A stretch of DNA of 64,000 nt from a bacterium. GTDB lineage: Bacteria > UBA10199 > 2-02-FULL-44-16 > JAAZCA01. The notes under the pieces are model-generated. The model saw only the letters and a list, made by a program, of their open reading frames with translations. It was not told the DNA's origin and made no database searches. The position numbers and the translations under genes are program-made. The number at the start of each line of letters is the position of its first letter. The stretch's first letter is position 1. Below are positions 46,435 to 57,116 of the stretch, piece after piece. The DNA lies in assembly GCA_963674695.2 (NCBI GenBank), contig CAXXGI010000003.1, positions 256,001 through 320,000 of the forward strand, given 5' to 3'.

Positions 46435-47061
46435 TTACGGCTTCTTCGGAAACGTGCCTTTTTCCATCTCGCGGAAGAGTCGCTCGACCTGGACCTTCGT
46501 CTCGGAGAGCTCGCCGTCGTTGTCGATGACGGCGTCGGCGGATTCGACCTTGCGCTCCAGCGGCAGCTGGGCACCCAGACGCAGGAGCGTCTCCTCGCGA
46601 TCGAAGCCGAACTTCTCTTTGCAGCGTCGAATCTCCTCCTCTTCATCGCAGCGCACGACGATGATCGCGTCGAACATCTCCTTCCAACCGGCCTCATAGA
46701 GCAGCGGGACTTCGACGATCACCAGCGGGAGCTCGGCCTTGGCGACCTTGGCCACGCGATGTTCGATCTCCTCGCGCACGTGCGGATGGATGACCGACTC
46801 GATGAAGCGGCGCTCATCCGGGTCCTGAAAGACGACCTGCGCCAGCGCCTTGCGGTCGATGATCTCATCCGCGAGCAGGACGGTCTTGCCGTAGCGCTCG
46901 AAGATCGCCTTCCACGCCCGTGTCTTTGGGGCAATGACGTCATGCGCGATTTCGTCGGCATCGAGGATGGGAATGCCTCGCTCTTGAAACATCCAGGCGA
47001 CGGTCGATTTCCCCGTGCCGATATTTCCGGTCAGTCCGATGATCTTCGTTTTATCCTTCAT
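46435..47061 (-). CDS. coaE: dephospho-CoA kinase
   Basis: IGLTGNIGTGKSTV, DADEIAH, IHPHV, EVPLLYE and ADAVIDN. Confidence 0.96.
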   Translation of the reverse strand: MKDKTKIIGLTGNIGTGKSTVAWMFQERGIPILDADEIAHDVIAPKTRAWKAIFERYGKTVLLADEIIDRKALAQVVFQDPDERRFIESVIHPHVREEIEHRVAKVAKAELPLVIVEVPLLYEAGWKEMFDAIIVVRCDEEEEIRRCKEKFGFDREETLLRLGAQLPLERKVESADAVIDNDGELSETKVQVERLFREMEKGTFPKKP

Positions 47062-47518
47062 CGTTTGGCTCCTGATCGATGTTCTCCGTCGATGCTTTCT
47101 TGAAGTCGAGCATCAAGCCGATCGCCGCGCGTGTGGCGATCTCGCCCATGGCGACGAGTTCTTCGATGAGCGCGCCGCGCGCCGCGTCGTCTTCGATGAT
47201 CATGATGCGGGTGATCTGCTCTGCCGCTTGTTTCCACTCCGGGGAGAGGCGGGCGTGTATCTGACGGATGGGCGGGTGTTCGCGCTCCTGTTTGTCCATG
47301 ACCCAGCTCATCGATTCGGCAAAGTCGGCCATCTCCCAATCGCCGGGGAGCTTGTCCTGCACGGCCAGCAACTTGTCGTAAATGTCCGGATGATCGGGAT
47401 CGGCGGCCAGCGCCTTGCGATAGTGCTTGAGGGCTTTTTCCAGCTTTCCCTTTTCCAGGAGCGCATCAGCTTTGCGGACGTGGCGTTCGGCTTTCTTGGG
47501 ATTCGGCGGTTTCGGCAT
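47051..47518 (-). CDS. TPR-containing protein
   Basis: ADALLEKGKLEKALKHYRKALAADPDHPDIY. Confidence 0.7.
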   Translation of the reverse strand: MPKPPNPKKAERHVRKADALLEKGKLEKALKHYRKALAADPDHPDIYDKLLAVQDKLPGDWEMADFAESMSWVMDKQEREHPPIRQIHARLSPEWKQAAEQITRIMIIEDDAARGALIEELVAMGEIATRAAIGLMLDFKKASTENIDQEPNDEG

Positions 47519-48974
47519 GAGCGGGCGTCTCCCCCGTGGTCTTTCCCCGCGCTGGTCGTGAGGCGATGGCGCGGTGAACTTCGGGAGTTTCGCTCAATTG
47601 GCGGGCCAGTGCAAGGAGTTCATCCCGCGTGTTGCGCTCGGGCTCGTCCAGGACGCATTCGACGAGGGCATGGAGCACGATCCCGATGGCCGGACCCTCG
47701 GCGAGCCCCAGCTCCATCAAGTCGCTGCCGTTCACGGCCAGATCCTTCGGCCCGAACGGGGGTTTCTTCGCCATCTCCTCGCGAATGCGGCGGCGCAGGC
47801 GCAGCACGCCCTTGATGCCATTCGGGTGCTTTCCGCCGCGGTTGTCGGCGATCCGCAGGTCGATGAGTTTTTCGATGCGCTCCGGTCCGATCTTGGCGAC
47901 GAAACGGCGGATGGCGCGGTCAGTGTAGTGGGCCTTGGTCTCGAACATGTGATGTTCGATGAGGGTCAGAATTTCTTTGGTGTCGATGCCGCTGCTGGTG
48001 AGTTTCATCCGCTCCATCCAGCGACGTGCCAGGCGTTGCGAAACGATTTGGTGCCCGAAGAAGACGACGCGTTTGGAGGGGGCGTGGTAGCGCGCGGTGC
48101 GCTTCTTGCCGATGTCGTGGAGGAGTGCGGCGAAGACCAGTTCCAGATTGCCGCGCCCCTCGATCGCCTCGTCGGATCGCGCGGCGTCCAGGACGCGCAT
48201 GGTGTGGGCGAAGACGTCGTCGCCCGGCTGTTTGTCCTGCTCAATGCCGACGAGTGCGGAAAGCTCCGGGAGGATTCCTTCGAGCAAACCGCAGTCGCGC
48301 ATGAGGGTAAAGCCGACCGAGGGTTTCGGTGCCTGCATGAGTTTGGTCAGTTCCATGCTGATGCGTTCGCTCGATACCGTGCCGATGAGCGGGGCATGTC
48401 GTTGCATGGCCTCCCACGTCGATGCTTCGATCGTGAGGCCAAAGCGTGCTGTAAACTGGATGGCGCGCACCAGCCGCAGGGGATCCTCTTCGAAGGCGCG
48501 GTCGAAGACCTGGCGGAGCACGCCGTCGGCGAGATCTTTGCGGCCACCGTGCGGATCGATGATCGTGCCGTCGGCGAGGCGTAGCGCCATCGCATTGATC
48601 GTGAAGTCGCGTCTGCCGAGATCCTCTTCGACACTGAGCTCGGGATCGAAGCACACATCGAAGTCGCGGTGGCCGACCCCCGTGGAATGCTCGCGGCGCG
48701 GGAGCGCGATGTCGATTTCAAACGCCGGTTCGTGGCGCGGCGTGAACTTGATGACGCCGAAGGATTTTCCGACGGTCGCCACCTTTCCGAATGGGCGCAG
48801 GGTCTTTACGATCGTTTCGGGGGAGAGCTTTCGACAGAGCAGGTCGCGATCCTTCGAGGTGCGGCCCATGAGTCGATCGCGCACCGGGCCGCCCACTTCA
48901 TAGAGATCGGCGCCGGCCGCGATGAGGGCCTGGATGTACGGCGATCCTTCCGATGGGTTCGGTGTAGCGATCAT
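47466..48974 (-). CDS. CCA tRNA nucleotidyltransferase / poly(A) polymerase family with HD domain
   Basis: VGGPVRD..MGR..KDRD, EDLGRRDFTINAMA, EDPLRLVRA, AALLHDIGK and LAVNGSDL. Confidence 0.92.
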   Translation of the reverse strand: MIATPNPSEGSPYIQALIAAGADLYEVGGPVRDRLMGRTSKDRDLLCRKLSPETIVKTLRPFGKVATVGKSFGVIKFTPRHEPAFEIDIALPRREHSTGVGHRDFDVCFDPELSVEEDLGRRDFTINAMALRLADGTIIDPHGGRKDLADGVLRQVFDRAFEEDPLRLVRAIQFTARFGLTIEASTWEAMQRHAPLIGTVSSERISMELTKLMQAPKPSVGFTLMRDCGLLEGILPELSALVGIEQDKQPGDDVFAHTMRVLDAARSDEAIEGRGNLELVFAALLHDIGKKRTARYHAPSKRVVFFGHQIVSQRLARRWMERMKLTSSGIDTKEILTLIEHHMFETKAHYTDRAIRRFVAKIGPERIEKLIDLRIADNRGGKHPNGIKGVLRLRRRIREEMAKKPPFGPKDLAVNGSDLMELGLAEGPAIGIVLHALVECVLDEPERNTRDELLALARQLSETPEVHRAIASRPARGKTTGETPAHAETAESQESRTPRPQS

Positions 48975-49100
48975 GAAGAAACGGCCCTTAACCCCTCGAA
49001 GGACGATGGACGTCCGCGAATGTTGCTCGCTAGGACGAAGGACGTAAACGCTCTTTCGTCCGAGATGCCGGAGGTATCGATCCTCCCTCGTCCTTCGTAT

Positions 49101-50108
49101 TTATTCTTTTTCTTCCAGGTAGCTCTTGATCTTCGCGTTCGCAGCAAGGCGTGACATCCAGGATTGGTAGAAGCTGCTCTCGGGCGGTGTGCTCGCAGCG
49201 GCGCCGTCGTCCGTGGCTTGTTCCACCAGACGTACGACGGTGAGAACGCCTCCGCGTTTGATCGGTTTCGCGACGACAGGTTTTTTATCGGAGAGGGTGA
49301 AGATCGCGGTCCAATCCTCGATGGTGCCGCCGTCCATAACGCGTTCGCGCTCGGCGATGCGGATCGGTCCCACCTTCTTTGCTTCCAGGCCGTGTTCCTT
49401 GAGCCAGCCCGCCCACTTCTTCGGCGGCAGGGCGGAAAGCCCCGCGGCGATCGCCTCGGCTTCTCCCTCCTGGGCGATGGTCTTCTTCTCCAGCAGGAGG
49501 GCCGGGTCGATCGTGACCACCTCGAAGGTCCAGCGCGCACGGTCGCCGGTTGCAGCGGGATCGGTTCCCAGCGGCGACGTGTTGTCCACCCCCGCGAAGA
49601 TCATTTCATAGGCATCGAGCTGCAGGTCCTGACGGACGAGATCCTCATAGCTCAGGCCGAAGCGACCCTTGAAATAGGGGAGGAAGCGGGTGCGGTAGGC
49701 ATGGTCGTCGAACGCCTCGCCCGACTGCGCCGTCATGGCACGTTTGATCGCCGCGGCGACCTCCTGGTCGGGGATGACGATGCCGAGCTGATCGGCTTGC
49801 TGCAGCCCGACTTCGCGGCCTATCATCTGCCGGGCGGTCGTTGTGCGCACCAGCTGCGGCAGAAACTCCTGGGCCTGCTGCCCCTGGAAAGCGGTGCGGT
49901 AGCGCTCATAGGTGTTCGTATAGAAGTAGTCGAACAGCGAGGCCGAGATCGGCTGTCCGTTGACCTCAAGGACGGGCTCCCCCTGTCCGCCACGGCTGCC
50001 TCGATCGAACCTGCTGTAGCCGAAGAAGAGGGCAAAGGTGACGATGATCGCCCCGAGCATGACTTTGATGCCCCAGGACTGTGCATGTTTTCGCATGATA
50101 TCGAGCAT
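49101..50108 (-). CDS. SurA N-terminal-domain membrane chaperone (PpiD-like, shortened)
   Basis: MLDIMRKHAQSWGIKVMLGAIIVTFALFFG, VNGQPIS and LGIVIPDQEV. Confidence 0.8.
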   Translation of the reverse strand: MLDIMRKHAQSWGIKVMLGAIIVTFALFFGYSRFDRGSRGGQGEPVLEVNGQPISASLFDYFYTNTYERYRTAFQGQQAQEFLPQLVRTTTARQMIGREVGLQQADQLGIVIPDQEVAAAIKRAMTAQSGEAFDDHAYRTRFLPYFKGRFGLSYEDLVRQDLQLDAYEMIFAGVDNTSPLGTDPAATGDRARWTFEVVTIDPALLLEKKTIAQEGEAEAIAAGLSALPPKKWAGWLKEHGLEAKKVGPIRIAERERVMDGGTIEDWTAIFTLSDKKPVVAKPIKRGGVLTVVRLVEQATDDGAAASTPPESSFYQSWMSRLAANAKIKSYLEEKE

Positions 50109-50206
50109 GGCGCGGGAACCTAGCCGAGAAAGTGTTTGAAATCAACAATATTGTTGATCTTTGGGGGGTGCTTTGTTAGACGAGCGACACTTTAATGATG
50201 GCGAGA

Positions 50207-50327
50207 CAGGCTAGTCAGGCCAGTCAAGCCAGTCAGGCGAGTCAGGCCAGTCAGGCCAGTCAGGGAAAGCAAAGGATGGCAAAACGTTTTTCCCTTCCAC
50301 CTGACTGGCTTGTCTCGCTTGACTGGC
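50207..50327. repeat. 9-mer array (CAGGCCAGT)x6 with partial reverse-complement arm upstream of mreB
   Basis: CAGGCTAGT CAGGCCAGT CAAGCCAGT CAGGCGAGT CAGGCCAGT CAGGCCAGT CAGG ... CCTGACTGGCTTGTCTCGCTTGACTGGC. Confidence 0.85.
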
Positions 50328-50336
50328 GCTCTTTAA

Positions 50337-51382
<1,046 letters not shown>

Positions 51383-51383
<1 letters not shown>

Positions 51384-51430
51384 TGAGATCGCTGAATCGT
51401 GAGATGGCTCGATGGCGAGATCGCTTGATA
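51383..51430 (+). repeat. 8-mer array (GTGAGATC-like) after mreB stop
   Basis: GTGAGATC GCTGAATC GTGAGATG GCTCGATG GCGAGATC GCTTGATA. Confidence 0.75.
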
Positions 51431-51449
51431 CGGATATAGTGACATTCGA

Positions 51450-52361
51450 ATGGCCTTTCTCTCCCGAAAACGACATCTGCTTCCCTTCCTGATTCCGCTG
51501 CTCTTGGCGCTCGTGTTCTTTTCGCTCACCGCGGAGACGGCGCGCCGCGCGCCCTGGTATGTCGAGGTCTTCTGGAATCTGCTCACCCCACCGCAGCGAA
51601 TTGTCACCGGCATGTCCGACACCGCCCATGGGGCATGGCGTCACTATGTGGCGCTGATGGGAGCGCAGCGTGAAAGCGAGCGTTTGGGGCGAACGGTTGC
51701 AGAGCTTCAGGGAGAGGTGGTGCGTTTGAACGAGGTGCGCCAGGAGAACGATCGCCTCCGCGCGCTGCTCGCCTTTCAAGAGACGATTCCCCAACGCACG
51801 ATTGTCGCGCGCGTGATCGCCAACGATCCGCGTGCGGAGTTCAAGAGCATCATGATTTCTCGCGGTGCGCGCGACGGGATCGAGCCGCTCATGCCGGTGG
51901 TCGGTCCGCGCGGGTTGGTCGGACGCGTCGGCGAGGTTGCGGCACGCACGTCGCGGGTGTTGCTCATCGTCGATCCGAACAGCGCTGTCGATGCGATGGT
52001 GCAGCGTTCGCGTGCACGAGGTCTCATCGTTGGGGCGCTTTTGCGCACGGAATTCAAGCACGGGTTCTATCTCGCGCGCTTGGAATACCTGCGCCGGGTC
52101 AGCGATATTCGCGACGGGGATGTGGTGGTGACCTCCGGACTCGATCGCGTCTTTCCGCCGGGCATCCCGGTGGGGACCGTCAGCGAGGTGAGCACATCGC
52201 GCTATGGCGTTTTCACTGAGGCGACGGTCGTTCCCTTCGAGAATATGGCGGAGTTGCAGGAAGTGTTGGTGATCGCCAGCGATATGCCCCTTCCCGGGGA
52301 AGCGGATGCCGATCTGCCCGGCTCCGAGATGTCGACGGACACATCCACGTCGAGGGAATAG
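51450..52361 (+). CDS. mreC: rod shape-determining protein MreC
   Basis: ENDRLRALL, GLVGRV and GDVVVTSGLDRVFPPGIPVG. Confidence 0.95.
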   Translation: MAFLSRKRHLLPFLIPLLLALVFFSLTAETARRAPWYVEVFWNLLTPPQRIVTGMSDTAHGAWRHYVALMGAQRESERLGRTVAELQGEVVRLNEVRQENDRLRALLAFQETIPQRTIVARVIANDPRAEFKSIMISRGARDGIEPLMPVVGPRGLVGRVGEVAARTSRVLLIVDPNSAVDAMVQRSRARGLIVGALLRTEFKHGFYLARLEYLRRVSDIRDGDVVVTSGLDRVFPPGIPVGTVSEVSTSRYGVFTEATVVPFENMAELQEVLVIASDMPLPGEADADLPGSEMSTDTSTSRE

Positions 52362-52367
52362 TTCCCT

Positions 52368-52889
52368 ATGCGGTTTTTTCTACTCATGGCGGTCTATGGT
52401 CTTTTTGCGCTCGTCCTGGAGAGCACGGTGCTCTCGGGATGGCCGACGCAGATGCTGCGCTTCGATCTGCTCATCGTGGCGGTGGCGGCGCTGGCGTTCA
52501 ATCAGGAATGGCGGCGAGCTGTTCCGGTGCTCGTCTTCTATGGGTTTCTCTTCGACGTGGCATCGGGGACGCCGTTCGGCATGACGGTGCTGGCCTATCT
52601 GCTTGTCTACGGCGGCATCCGCTTGGTCATCGCCAAGATCTCCTTTCAAGGTGGCGTGGGCTTGCTCTTCTGGGTGGCGATCATCAGCCTGGTGCAGCAG
52701 CTGATTGCATCGGTGTCGCTGGCGGCCACGACGGGTTCGATAGCCACGTCGCACATCATTCTTCGACATGCACCGGCACAGGCGCTCATCGATGCCGTCG
52801 TCGGCATGGGGATGGTGCCGTTCCTGAAATGGTATGGGGATCTCTCCTGGGAGCGACTGACGCGCCCGAAGGGGTTGGTGCTGAAATAA
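52368..52889 (+). CDS. mreD: rod shape-determining protein MreD
   Basis: Hydrophobic 173-aa ORF between mreC and mrdA; GFLFDVASG.PFG. Confidence 0.85.
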   Translation: MRFFLLMAVYGLFALVLESTVLSGWPTQMLRFDLLIVAVAALAFNQEWRRAVPVLVFYGFLFDVASGTPFGMTVLAYLLVYGGIRLVIAKISFQGGVGLLFWVAIISLVQQLIASVSLAATTGSIATSHIILRHAPAQALIDAVVGMGMVPFLKWYGDLSWERLTRPKGLVLK

Positions 52890-52892
52890 CTC

Positions 52893-52999
52893 GTGAGATC
52901 GCGAGATGGCTGGATGGTGAGATGGCTAAAAAGCACGATCGGAAACCTAAATTATTGTTCAGAGCTATCACGCTATTGAGCGATCTCACCATCTCACGA
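52893..52999. repeat. 8-mer array with reverse-complement arm between mreD and mrdA
   Basis: GTGAGATC GCGAGATG GCTGGATG GTGAGATG ... CTATCACG CTATTGAG CGATCTCA CCATCTCA CG. Confidence 0.8.
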
Positions 53000-53012
53000 G
53001 TTTACGAGGATT

Positions 53013-54914
53013 ATGCGGCTTACACACGAATACACGCTCGATATCGAGCATCGGTTTAAGTATGCCTATGTGGCGGTGCTTGTGCTGCTGCTGGTGGTCA
53101 TGGCGCGCCTCTATTATCTGCAGGTCATTCGCGGCGAGTTCTATCACTTCTTCTCCACCGAAAACAGCATCAAGGCGATGCGCATTCCCGCCGTGCGCGG
53201 CATGATCTTCGATCGGCGTGGCCAGGTGATGGTCGACAACCGGCCTGCCTTCAACATCACGATCATTCCGCAGTATGTCGTCGAGCCGAAAAAGACGCTC
53301 GAATCCCTGCACAAGCTCCTGCTCATTCCGCTCGAAGAGCTCGAAGCCATCTGGGCAAAGCGGCATACGCAGCCGCGCTATCGACCGCTGGTCGTGAAGG
53401 CGGATGTCTCGCTCGGGGACGTGGGGCTCATTCGATCCCGAAAGAATCCATGGCCGCAGCCGGACGATACCTTTGAACTGCGCGGCGTCGAGGTGGATGT
53501 CACCTATCAGCGCACCTATCCCGAGGCCAACATCGCTACGCACGTGTTGGGCTATACGCGCGAGATCGATCAGAAGCGGCTGAAGCAGTATCAGGAGACC
53601 TATCCGGGACGCTATCGTCTGGGCGATGTGGTCGGCGTGCGGGGGATCGAGGAGCGATGGGATCTGGTGCTGCGCGGAACCGACGGGTATGAGGAGCGCA
53701 TCGTCAATGCCCGCGGTCGCGAGGTCGACTATGCCGGCATCTCCGACGAACTGGAACGCCGAGCGGCGGTTCCGGGGCAGAGCGTGAAGCTGACCCTCGA
53801 TCGCGACATGCAGGAGCTGGCGCGCGATCTCTTCGGCGATCGCAAGGGGGCGGCCGTCGTCGTCGATGTGCGCACCGGCGGGATCGTGACGATGTACAGC
53901 TCGCCCTCCTATGATCTCAATCGGCTGGCCGGCCCTGAGGGCGGGCGTTATTTCAACCAATTGGCGGTGCATCCCTCCAAGGCGCTGCTCAACCGCGCGA
54001 TCCAGGGAGGCTATCCGCCCGGCTCGACCTACAAAATCGTGACGGCCATCGGCGCTCTCTCGGAGGGAGTGGTCACGCCCGAAGAGAAGATCACCTGCCG
54101 CGGTGCCCTCGTTTTCGGAGGCCGACCGTTTCACTGTTGGCGCAAGGGCGGGCATGGTGCCATCAGCCTGCATCGGTCGATCGTCTCCTCCTGCGATGTC
54201 TACTATTACTTGATGGGGCTGCGCCTGGGCGTCGATCGTTTGGCGAAGTATGCGAACCTCTTCAATTTTGGAAGGCTCACCGGCGTGCCGCTGTCCGGCG
54301 AGCGTGCCGGACTCATCCCGACCTCCGCGTGGAAGGAAAAACGCTTCGGTGTACCGTGGCAGGAGGGGGAGACGCTCTCGATTTCGGTGGGACAGGGATA
54401 CGACGTCGTGACCCCGATCCAGAACGCCTATTTTGCGGCGCAGGTCGCCAACGGTGGGCGCAAGCTGAAGCTCCACTTTGTGGAGTCGGCCTTCGATGTG
54501 CAGGGACAGGAGACGAGTCGCATGCAGGACCCCGTCGAGACCGATCGGGTTCCCGTCGATCCGAAGATCATCGCCATGGTGCGCGAGGCGATGGTGGGTG
54601 TGGTTGCAGAGCCGGGCGGGACGGGCCATCGCCAGTCGGTGCGCCCCGTGACCATGGGCGGAAAGACCGGCACCGCGCAGGTGGTGAGCTTGGACACCGC
54701 GTGTCATGGCGATGAATGTCGCGACCACGCCTGGTTCATCGGTTTTTCACCGGCGGATGAGCCGAAGGTGGCCGCGGCGGTGGTCGTGGAGCACGGCGGA
54801 TTCGGTTCGGCGGCGGCGGCCCCCATCGTGGGGGCACTCTTCGAGAAGTATTACTTGATCGAGAAGGGGGAGGTAGCACCCGAGGGTGAAGAAGCCGATA
54901 CAGGGAAACGGTGA
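53013..54914 (+). CDS. mrdA: penicillin-binding protein 2
   Basis: RGMIFDR.G, SxxK (GSTYK), SxD variant (SCD) and KTG. Confidence 0.95.
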   Translation: MRLTHEYTLDIEHRFKYAYVAVLVLLLVVMARLYYLQVIRGEFYHFFSTENSIKAMRIPAVRGMIFDRRGQVMVDNRPAFNITIIPQYVVEPKKTLESLHKLLLIPLEELEAIWAKRHTQPRYRPLVVKADVSLGDVGLIRSRKNPWPQPDDTFELRGVEVDVTYQRTYPEANIATHVLGYTREIDQKRLKQYQETYPGRYRLGDVVGVRGIEERWDLVLRGTDGYEERIVNARGREVDYAGISDELERRAAVPGQSVKLTLDRDMQELARDLFGDRKGAAVVVDVRTGGIVTMYSSPSYDLNRLAGPEGGRYFNQLAVHPSKALLNRAIQGGYPPGSTYKIVTAIGALSEGVVTPEEKITCRGALVFGGRPFHCWRKGGHGAISLHRSIVSSCDVYYYLMGLRLGVDRLAKYANLFNFGRLTGVPLSGERAGLIPTSAWKEKRFGVPWQEGETLSISVGQGYDVVTPIQNAYFAAQVANGGRKLKLHFVESAFDVQGQETSRMQDPVETDRVPVDPKIIAMVREAMVGVVAEPGGTGHRQSVRPVTMGGKTGTAQVVSLDTACHGDECRDHAWFIGFSPADEPKVAAAVVVEHGGFGSAAAAPIVGALFEKYYLIEKGEVAPEGEEADTGKR

Positions 54915-55047
54915 CGAAGGGGTTACAAGGGCGCCTCCCGGGGAAATCATGTGCATCTTCACAGATGATGCTTGTTCCAGACGCACATGATTTCCCCTCG
55001 CGGCGCGAATGCTGTGTCGCCTTCGGATGGTATGCTCTTCGGTTGTA

Positions 55048-55087
55048 ACGAGACCACGAGACCACGATTTACGAGACCACGAATTTA
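55048..55087 (+). repeat. ACGAGACC array abutting rodA start
   Basis: ACGAGACC ACGAGACC ACGATTT ACGAGACC ACGAATTT ATG. Confidence 0.75.
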
Positions 55088-56187
55088 TGACCAAAAAATA
55101 CACCGAAACATTTCACTGGCCGCTCTTTTGGGTGACGATGGCGCTCGTCGTCATCGGGCTGATCAATCTCTTCAGCGCGGTCTATTTTTGGGGTGCGGGC
55201 GGGGCGCTCTCGCTCTTCTGGTCGCAGCTGATCTGGACGGTCGTCGGCGTGGGGCTGATGCTCCTGGTCATGATGCTCGATTATCGGGTCTTCTCCCGGT
55301 TTGCGCTTCCCGCCTATGTCGTGGTTTGCCTCTTGCTGTTGCTGGCTTTTTTCATGGGCAAGGCGGTGCGGGGAACGCATGGATGGTTGCGCCTGGGTCC
55401 GGTGTCGTTGCAGCCGTCGGAGTTTGCCAAGATCGTCTACATCTTTGTCGCCGCGCGCTTTTTTGCCGACCGTCCGAATCTGGAGGGCTATTCGCTCTTC
55501 GGTCTCTGGCGCCCGATGCTGCTTATGCTCGTGCCGTTCGGACTGATCATCCTACAGGGCGATCTTGGGCAGTCGCTCTTCCTGCTCTTGATCTTCATCT
55601 CGATGGCGCTTTTTGCGAAGGTGCGTCGGCGTACGTTGATCATCTGCGCGCTCCTGGCGGTGGTGGGCGCGTCGACGGTCTACACCTATGGCCTCAAGGA
55701 ATATCAGCGGCAGCGCATTCTCACGTTCATGCATCCCGAGCAGGATGTGCGCGGCAGCGGCTATCACTTGATGCAGTCCAAGATCGCCGTCGGGTCGGGC
55801 CGGCTCCTCGGCACGGGATACCTGCGGGGAAATACCAACAAACTCGAATATCTGCCCGAGCGCCACACGGATTTTATCTTTCCGGTCTTTGCCGAGGAGT
55901 GGGGATTTTTGGGATCGTTGGTGGTGATGGGACTCTATGCCGCATTATTGATGATGGGCGTCGAGGTGGGGGCGAAGGCGCGCGATCGATTCGGCGCGTT
56001 CGCGGCCATCGGCATCGTGACGCTGCTCTTCTGGCACCTGGCGATCAACCTGGGCGGCGTGTTGGGTCTCATGCCGCTCACCGGTGTGACGCTGCCGCTC
56101 ATGAGCTATGGCGGATCGTCGATGATCGCGATCCTTGTCGCCATCGGTGTGCTCTTTTCCATTCATCGCCGACGGTTCATGTTTTGA
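55087..56187 (+). CDS. rodA: rod shape-determining protein RodA
   Basis: LQPSEFAK, QSKIAVGSG, LPERHTDFIF and GVTLPLMSYGGSS. Confidence 0.96.
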   Translation: MTKKYTETFHWPLFWVTMALVVIGLINLFSAVYFWGAGGALSLFWSQLIWTVVGVGLMLLVMMLDYRVFSRFALPAYVVVCLLLLLAFFMGKAVRGTHGWLRLGPVSLQPSEFAKIVYIFVAARFFADRPNLEGYSLFGLWRPMLLMLVPFGLIILQGDLGQSLFLLLIFISMALFAKVRRRTLIICALLAVVGASTVYTYGLKEYQRQRILTFMHPEQDVRGSGYHLMQSKIAVGSGRLLGTGYLRGNTNKLEYLPERHTDFIFPVFAEEWGFLGSLVVMGLYAALLMMGVEVGAKARDRFGAFAAIGIVTLLFWHLAINLGGVLGLMPLTGVTLPLMSYGGSSMIAILVAIGVLFSIHRRRFMF

Positions 56188-56328
56188 TGTTGCGGCGCAG
56201 AAGCCTGGGCGCCTCCCGGGGAAGATCGGAATCATCGGTTCAAGCGTGGAGTGGCTCAAAACCCTTGCCATTTCAGGGGGGCTTCGTTACTGAAGGAGAC
56301 ATTCGTACTCTACAGAGAGGGAGGGGTG

Positions 56329-56655
56329 ATGGCCGCAAACGTCTTTGAAGTCAGCGATGCCAATTTTCAGCAGGAGGTTTTGGAATCGGCCGTTCCGGTG
56401 CTCGTCGATTTTTGGGCGTCCTGGTGCGGGCCGTGTCGGGCGCTTGCCCCCACGGTGGAAGCGGTTGCCTCCGAACATGGCGACACCCTCAAGGTGTGCA
56501 AGGTCGATGTCGATGGCAATCCGAACGTAGCGGGACAGTTTGGAATTCGCTCGATTCCGACGCTGTTGCTCTTCAGCGGGGGAGAGAATGTCGGTCAGCT
56601 CATCGGCAATGTTCCGAAGGGTGCCATCGAAGAACTCTTGAAAAAGGTGGGATAG
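56329..56655 (+). CDS. trxA: thioredoxin
   Basis: VDFWASWCGPC and IRSIPTL. Confidence 0.96.
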   Translation: MAANVFEVSDANFQQEVLESAVPVLVDFWASWCGPCRALAPTVEAVASEHGDTLKVCKVDVDGNPNVAGQFGIRSIPTLLLFSGGENVGQLIGNVPKGAIEELLKKVG

Positions 56656-56915
56656 GTGATGGGGGTCCACGTCCATCGATGCCCGCTGCAGCCAGCTGTG
56701 GCGGGTTTCGTCTCTGCGCGCACGGTCCATAGAGACGGGAATTCGAGAAATATCCTTTGAAATTGGTGTGATAGACTGCCTGCTTGAAGTGTTGCTTGCC
56801 CAAGTGGTTTGATTTGTCTGAAAAACCAATTTTCTTGACTTTTTTTGGCCGATTCCCTATCTGGTGTCGCCCCGGGAAGTGGGGTGTAACCAGCGAAGAT
56901 TGCAGGGTTATCATC

Positions 56916-56989
56916 GGGCGTATGGCTCAGTTGGCTAGAGCACTACCTTGACATGGTAGGGGTCACAGGTTCGAGTCCTGTTACGCCCA
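56916..56989 (+). tRNA. tRNA-Val(GAC), CCA not encoded
   Basis: GGGCGTA/TACGCCC acceptor, anticodon loop TTGACAT, GGTTCGAGTCC. Confidence 0.95.
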
Positions 56990-56998
56990 CAGAACGGC

Positions 56999-57041
56999 AG
57001 TTCAAAGTTCAACGTTGAAAGTTCAAAGTTTAACGTTCAAA
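56999..57041 (+). repeat. heptamer array (GTTCAAA)x6 after tRNA-Val
   Basis: GTTCAAA GTTCAAC GTTGAAA GTTCAAA GTTTAAC GTTCAAA. Confidence 0.85.
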
Positions 57042-57116
57042 GGGACGGTCGCTCGATGATGTGATCGAGGGACGGGTTTATCTGTATGTGGACTCAGAAG
57101 AAAGTTGGATGCTGCG

